A stretch of DNA of 64,000 nt from the human T2T-CHM13v2.0 reference genome, Homo sapiens, in the NCBI RefSeq assembly GCF_009914755.1, contig NC_060936.1; one strand, written 5' to 3'. Of this stretch, positions 58,049-64,000 are shown piece by piece. The first letter of the stretch is position 1. Every line of letters starts with the position of its first letter. The notes below the pieces were generated by a model. The model had not been told where the DNA came from and ran no database searches. It saw nothing but the letters and a program-made list of their open reading frames with translations. Both the position numbers and the translations under genes were made by a program.

Positions 58049-60778
58049 CTAAAGTGAATTCCTAAGGGCCTTCTCTTGGGCTTCAGCCCTCTTGTTTTCC
58101 TCAAAAATGAAGGGTTTGACACTGTTGAATCTCTTGCCATTCCCATTCCTCCTATTCTCCTACTTTTTTACTCCTACGGACCCTGACCCTCACTTTTTTG
58201 AAAGTCTCTTATTCTGTGCTGATGTGGTCACGTAGTTTGTTCCTTCTGTATCTGATAACACTCCTCCTCTAAATTTAGGAGGTCAGAGATATTCATTGAT
58301 TACCCATTGTCTACACATATATTGTCCAAACTTTTTAGCATTCAGGACTTTTCATAATCCAGTTACTTTTCACCATTATCTTCTACACTCTTATGCTGTG
58401 CAGCCTCCAGATAAAATAATTACTTGTCCATGAATGGGAAATACAATGCTACCAAAATACATTTTATGGTGTTAAGAAATAACCAGTATTTTTTGTGTTC
58501 CGCAGAGTCATGGCTTCCTGAGCAAAAACTACCAGCAACTTGGGTTAACAACAAGTTGATCAACAGCCACGCCTTGGAAGTTGGAGACAGTGAATTACTC
58601 CTGAGAGATTTACAGGTTTATTTGCCTCTGGGTTTCTTTATTTACAGTTCAAATGGTAATAAATTCCTGAGCCTAACATTTATATTTTAAAGAGCTATAA
58701 CATCTAGGACCTTTTGCTTTTTTTCCAACAGAGGATTTCTTTGCATTAAAAACATAAGGTTTCCCTCCTTCCCCCTAAAAAGGAGGGAGCACCTGAACCA
58801 ACATTTGAATAGGTTGTATAGGAACCAGCAGTTCCTATATAAGCACTTGCATTCACAATTTGGGAGTTCTTCCATATTGTATTCTCCTTCTACACCTCTG
58901 TACATCCAGGGTGACATCTGCTCCCATAGAATCACCCAAAGGGGAAACGGGGGACTGGAAAACCAACACCAAGATATCCTATAAGTAAACAATCAGCGTG
59001 TCTCTGACCCAGAAATCTTGTATTTGTTCTCAGGAGAAAATAAGTAACCTTACATATTAGAAACTTATCAAACGGAATTGTTCCAAAGAAATTCATTTAA
59101 ATGCTTTGTATAAGGTGAGAATGAGAATTCTTTCACTTCATGTAGAACGTGTTTTTATTCAGGACTTTTTCAGTTCATTTAGAATATGTTTATGCTTAGC
59201 TTTTTATATAAAACTGAGTTATCTATAAAATGGTGGTGAAAGTACTTTCCCACTTTCTCAACATTTGGGAGTTATTTGTATATAAACGGATTGTTAATTA
59301 TTGAAATGACATTGCAAGTGACTCTCTATCCCCCTCCTCGCCAGATCATCTATTCAACTTACAATTTCTGTTGAAGTTCTTAACCTGAGAAGGTTGTTAA
59401 GAAACCCGTAGCATGGAATCTCCTGATTTGGAAGGGAATATCTTTCCCATCATTCTATTTTTTGCCATGATGTCTGCAGGAAACTGTGCAGAGAAGACGG
59501 TTCTGCACAGAAGCACTGTGGATACGAGCGACACTGTTAGGACCCTCTTGCTTTTATGTTTATATTCTCTTAGAGAAATTAGAATGTTTGGGGATTTTTA
59601 TTTTCATTCTCCTTGAGAAACTGGAATGCCATTAATTTATGCCTTTATAAATATTTCTGGAAGAAGCCAGACCGCTTTGCCAATCATCAGAACTGCCATT
59701 TATTTCCCATATTGGGGAGTTCATTTTCCCACCCCTTTAGGCTTCTAAGCTTTGCTGGCTGCATTTGCAATCCAGTCCTTTTAAATCCTTATCTTGAGTG
59801 ATGACTTATAATAGCTCCTAAATCGGGATGTTGGTTGAGGAAGGAATAATTCAGATTAAAAAAATCTGAGAAATAAGGCATCTTGATTAGCAATCAGCCT
59901 TACAAACATTATCTTACTTTAGGATCTCAGGCATGAAACTTCAAGTCTGCTTCAAGTTCATTTATTTCTTCAACCTCCTATCTTCAACCAGTCAGGAGTG
60001 AGCTGTTCCCTGCCACACAGACTGAATTTTTATATCCAAGACTTTTGAGATGATCAAAATCTTTCCAATCTAAAAGTGTTCTGAAAGAGAAACGTGAACA
60101 ATTTTAGATTAATAGCAATAAGGAAAAAATAAATAAACAAAGAAGTGCAACACTCCATGAGTTGCCTCTGGAGCCCGCCTGCTGTGCGGGAGCTGCCTGC
60201 CCTCAAATCCCTGTCCTCATGTGATGACTCCCCATCCTTTCTTCAGTCACCTTGGGCAGGTCTCTCTACCAACCTCCTGTTTCCACCCCTCAAACAGGGC
60301 CCAGTCCTGTGGAAAACCAATTCACAAAGCACTTTCACTTCTCATGTGAACTGAACCACTCAGAGTGGTTGGTAGGATATGTATCATCACTCTTAACTTT
60401 CAGAAAAGGAAGTAGACTGGAGAAAGTCACACAGCAGTTCAGTGGGGAGCTGGTATTTTGGATTCTAATCCCAGAGCTCTTTCTCCTCTACCACACTGTC
60501 CTGTTGGCCAGTTTTCTGTTTTCTTTCCTCAGGAACTCTGCTATTTACCAGGATACGAACTTAGTTAATTTGTATTACCTCTCAAAGTCAAGGATTGCTC
60601 ATTTATAAAATCAAAATAATATAAATACCAAACAGCAAAAAAGAACACAAAACTGGCCTGGTTAATTAAGAAAAAAGTAAATACATTGAAATATGTCAGG
60701 AGTTGCGTTAAATACAAATAGACTGAATGCTTCAATTTAAAAATTAAGATTATTAGTCTGAATTGAAAAGAAGAAACC

Positions 60779-60820
60779 ATCTATGGCCATACCACCCTGA
60801 ACACAACTGATCTTGTCTGA
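60779..60820 (+). pseudogene. 5S rRNA 5'-fragment retropseudogene (42 nt)
   Basis: atctatggccataccaccctgaacacaactgatcttgtctga vs 5S GTCTACGGCCATACCACCCTGAACGCGCCCGATCTCGTCTGA; most differences are CpG-decay transitions. Confidence 0.9.
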
Positions 60821-60885
60821 AAGGAAAAAAAATAAATATTATGTTCCTTATAAGAGATACACCTTATATAAAATACCTTTATTTA

Positions 60886-61180
60886 AGGTATATCTGCCAA
60901 CATCTTGGTGTTGGCAGGATTGGTTCTTTTTTGAGGGCTGGGAGAGAAACGTGTTTCAGACCCCTCTCATGGGTTGTGGATGGCTGTCATCTCTTCATAA
61001 GCCTCTGTGTCCAAATATTCCCTTCTTATAAAGGCAGCAGGCTTATTGAATTAAGACCCACTCTAATGACCTCATTTTATTTTGATTACCTCTGTGAAAA
61101 CCCTACATCCAAGTAAGGTCACTTTCTGAGGTACTGAGAATTAAGATTTAAACACATGAATTTGGGGGGATACATAACAC
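60886..61180 (-). mobile_element. MLT1 LTR fragment
   Basis: ggtgttggcaggattggttc..cttcttataaagg..accactctaatgacctcat-like text..gtaaggtcactttctgaggtactg. Confidence 0.75.
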
Positions 61181-61184
61181 TTAC

Positions 61185-61370
61185 TCATTTTTAAATGGAG
61201 ACATAATTTTGTATAGTAAATTGCATAGATCTTAAATGTACAGTTCAATGAATTTTGAGAAATGCATCAAAACCATGGAAACTACATCCCCATCAAGATA
61301 AAGAACATTTCCATCAGCTCAGAAATTTTCCTTGTGCCTCTTTTCAGTGAATTCTTGCTTCCAGTTTCTA
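61185..61370 (-). mobile_element. Old L1M 3'-end fragment
   Basis: agatcttaaatgtacagttcaatgaattttga..ccccatcaagataaagaacatttccatca. Confidence 0.7.
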
Positions 61371-61386
61371 AAAACAGCTTCTTATA

Positions 61387-61451
61387 TTAGGTTGGTATAA
61401 AAGTGATTACTTTTAGTGGCAAAAACTGCAGTTATGTTTGCACCAACCTAA
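61387..61451. mobile_element. MADE1 (Hsmar1-derived MITE), left arm shortened
   Basis: TA|ttaggttggtataaaagt...tttgcaccaacctaa|TA; 65 nt versus the ~80-nt consensus. Confidence 0.92.
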
Positions 61452-61849
61452 TAGTAAAATGAATCTAAATCAGAACTTAGAAATGTGAATAATCCATGTC
61501 CTTCCACTGTGATTGCTTGGCCTTGGGTACGCAATAACCTCTTGAACACTCAGTTTTCATACATGTAAAACTTGTTGACTCGGTGCTCTTTTATCACAGT
61601 TCTAAGAACCTGTGCTTGTGATTATGGCTCTAACAATATCAACTCTTAAACCCGAATGTCAACTAAAGAAGCCCAGAGAAGAAACAACAGAAACTTTTCT
61701 CTTCAGAGGCAATATTTCCATGTTAATGGTTCCTTCTGGAGACAAGTCCCCCTGCCTTTGTTGTGAAATCTGTTAGTGATTTTTTTTTGGATGGAAATTT
61801 TAGGTCAGGTAGGAAGCTGATGGGTTGGTGGGAAGGAGCAATGGTTTTA

Positions 61850-62030
61850 ACATTTGTCAAATTATCATGTACAGACAACCTGTGTCAAGCACAGTGCCGT
61901 GTTAGTTTCTTAAGCCCTTACATGAAACTAGAGAGGTAGTGCTTAACCTTCATTTCACAGATTAGGGCTCTGAGGCTCACAGAGGTGATGCAGCTGACCC
62001 AAGTCACACAGCTGGTGCATAGAAGAGACA
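61850..62030 (-). mobile_element. MIR
   Basis: catttcacagattagggctctgaggctcacagaggtgatgcagctgacccaagtcacacagctggt. Confidence 0.75.
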
Positions 62031-63193
62031 GACTTATGTAGCAGTTGCTTTACCCTCTAATCAGTGACACGCATTAAACAGCATGGTCAAAATACCCTTC
62101 CTCAGCAGGACTCCAGGCTCCCCACATCGCTTCAGGCAGAGCAGCTTGGCTTTTACATGTTTAATGTATCAGACTTCTGAGTACGACTTCTTTGAAGAAT
62201 GGGTTCCATAGCTGAAATGTTTTTAAGATCACTGGTCTGCACCATCCAAGGTCACCTCTGCACTTCCAAGCCCTCCCTGACAAGCTCCGTCCCGCAGGCT
62301 CTATCCTGTGGTTCCTTCCTCCCCTAATCATGAGGCCTAATTAGCCCTCTTCACCCTGAACCCTCTTCACAAGGATTTGCCCCATATAAGATGCCAAAAA
62401 ATGAGAAAGCCTGAAATGGACTCTCTGTCCTCAACATCTAGATTAATTTCTCCTGGCTTCTCAAAGGGTTGTCAAAAATTAAAGCTAGAAAAAAAACAAT
62501 TCACCACATTCTAGCATGCAGAGGGTTCTACCATATAAAATTCCAAACTAAGAAAGTGACTAAATAGAGATTAATTCTACCATTTTGAAAAGAATTCTCC
62601 AGAGGTTTTATTTATGTAGTCAGGTACCCTTATGCACTTGAAATAGGTTCAAAGTTTTCCATTCACACACAGTTTTTCAGAAACATATCTAGTAGTGCAT
62701 AAAATGAGTATTTAAACCATTTTCCTCTTTTTTAGACAGTCCTACAGAAAAGGCATCAGATTTTTTTTGCATACAATTCATTCTGGTAAGTGCTTATTGC
62801 CATTCTGACGCACTGACTTCCATTTACCCAACAGCAGGATTTACAATGGGATTTTTAACTGATTGTGCTGGGAGAAGATCAGGACTATCCCAGAGAGCTG
62901 GCTGCTGAGGGTGGACCTGAGGGTGAAGTGGCGAAAGGAAAAACAAGGAGCTGCTTCTCCTTGGTGTTGTGATGTGAACTGGACATTTGCAGCTCTATGT
63001 GGAAATCAGAAAGTACATCTTCAATGAAACACAAAGCAACATGTTAGTTGAAAAATAGAAAACTGAAGAAGAAAAAAAAAGACAAAGGAAGTACATAAAA
63101 GGATGTTTTCATTATCTAAATCTAATATTAACTACCATGATTATTGTGTGATTCATATGTGCGTGTCGAAAATGTATGATATTTCTATGTTTT

Positions 63194-63517
63194 CGAGACA
63201 GCCAAGTAAAAAGGTCTCCCCAGAGAACCTTCTACCAGCCTGTGCACTGGGAGGATGGGGCAGGGCCTCGAGAAGTTCACACCATTTGCAGCCGGGAGGA
63301 GCCTGGCCTCTCCTGTTCCTGGGCGGTGACCTGGGATTCAATATGTGAGATGGGGATCTGTTAACAGGAACCCCTCTTGCTTTGTGGAGAGTCTTTTTCC
63401 TTTTCACCCAATAATTTCCATTTTTCTCACCCTTCTAGGTGTCCACAAGCCTAACCTTTCCTGGTCGTGTGACAAGAACCTGGTTTTTAGCTGAACTGAA
63501 GAGAAAGTCCTACAATA
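63194..63517 (+). mobile_element. MER61-type ERV1 solo LTR
   Basis: gagacagccaagtaaaaagg..gcctgtgcactggga..gtcgtgtgacaagaacc..tttagctgaactgaagagaaagtcctacaata; flanks tttt/cttt. Confidence 0.75.
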
Positions 63518-63821
63518 CTTTAATTAGGAGTATTTATAAATACTTATAAATAGCCTGTGCGTAGATAGTCATCAAAAACTGAAAGTGAAATACAAAGTCA
63601 GTTGAAATCAAAATGAAAGCTCAATGTTACAACTGAAATAAACAATCCTCTTTTTTATGATATTGGCACAGTTAGATTTATTCTGATGTTAAATTTTACA
63701 CAGGCACAGAAGAAACATATATTCCCAGAGAAATGTATGTGATGTCATCTCTAGCAAGGGTTTCAGATAGAGAGCTGCTATGGTGAAACCCTTGCGTATT
63801 CCCTGCCTCACAAAGAACATT

Positions 63822-64000
63822 TGTGAGTGGAAAACACAAACTGTTTTTCCTTTGCTTTCACACCACAACAATCTACACAGAAGACTTTTGTAACCAAATA
63901 CTGGAGGAGGGGGTCCCCACCAAGAGGCAAGCAATCAATTCTTCAGCAGACACCAGTTGGGCATTCTCCAATCCAATTCCAACACTATCTACCTGGAGAT
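63822..64000 (-). mobile_element. LTR (MER21-like), runs off the window end
   Basis: cacagaagactt..caagcaatcaattct..gacaccagttggg..caacactatctacctggagat. Confidence 0.65.

Overview
Primate nuclear DNA (catarrhine, probably human: AluY/S/J, L1PA/L1M, THE1, MER4, Tigger, MADE1). It is AT-rich and CpG-depleted, intergenic or deep-intronic, and roughly half is interspersed repeat. I found no recognisable intact protein-coding gene. The ORFs in the track are Alu read-throughs, decayed L1 ORF2 or Tigger1 transposase fragments, or chance ORFs. Main content: about 15 Alus, several L1s, MaLR/ERV solo LTRs, a full-length decayed Tigger1 (nested MLT2 > Tigger1 > AluY), Tigger3, two MER58, MADE1 and a tailless 5S rRNA retropseudogene fragment. 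I see no convincing new biological system. The most interesting signals are rearrangement scars: a 143-bp locally templated insertion with scrambled junctions, an old tandem duplication split by an L1, an Alu at a ~1.2-kb L1 deletion, and a microsatellite inside an Alu tail that mirrors a nearby one. There are also several palindromes and a repeat-poor block at 38.3-49.2 kb with enhancer-like motif clusters. Subfamily names come from remembered consensus sequences, and boundaries of old repeats are approximate.
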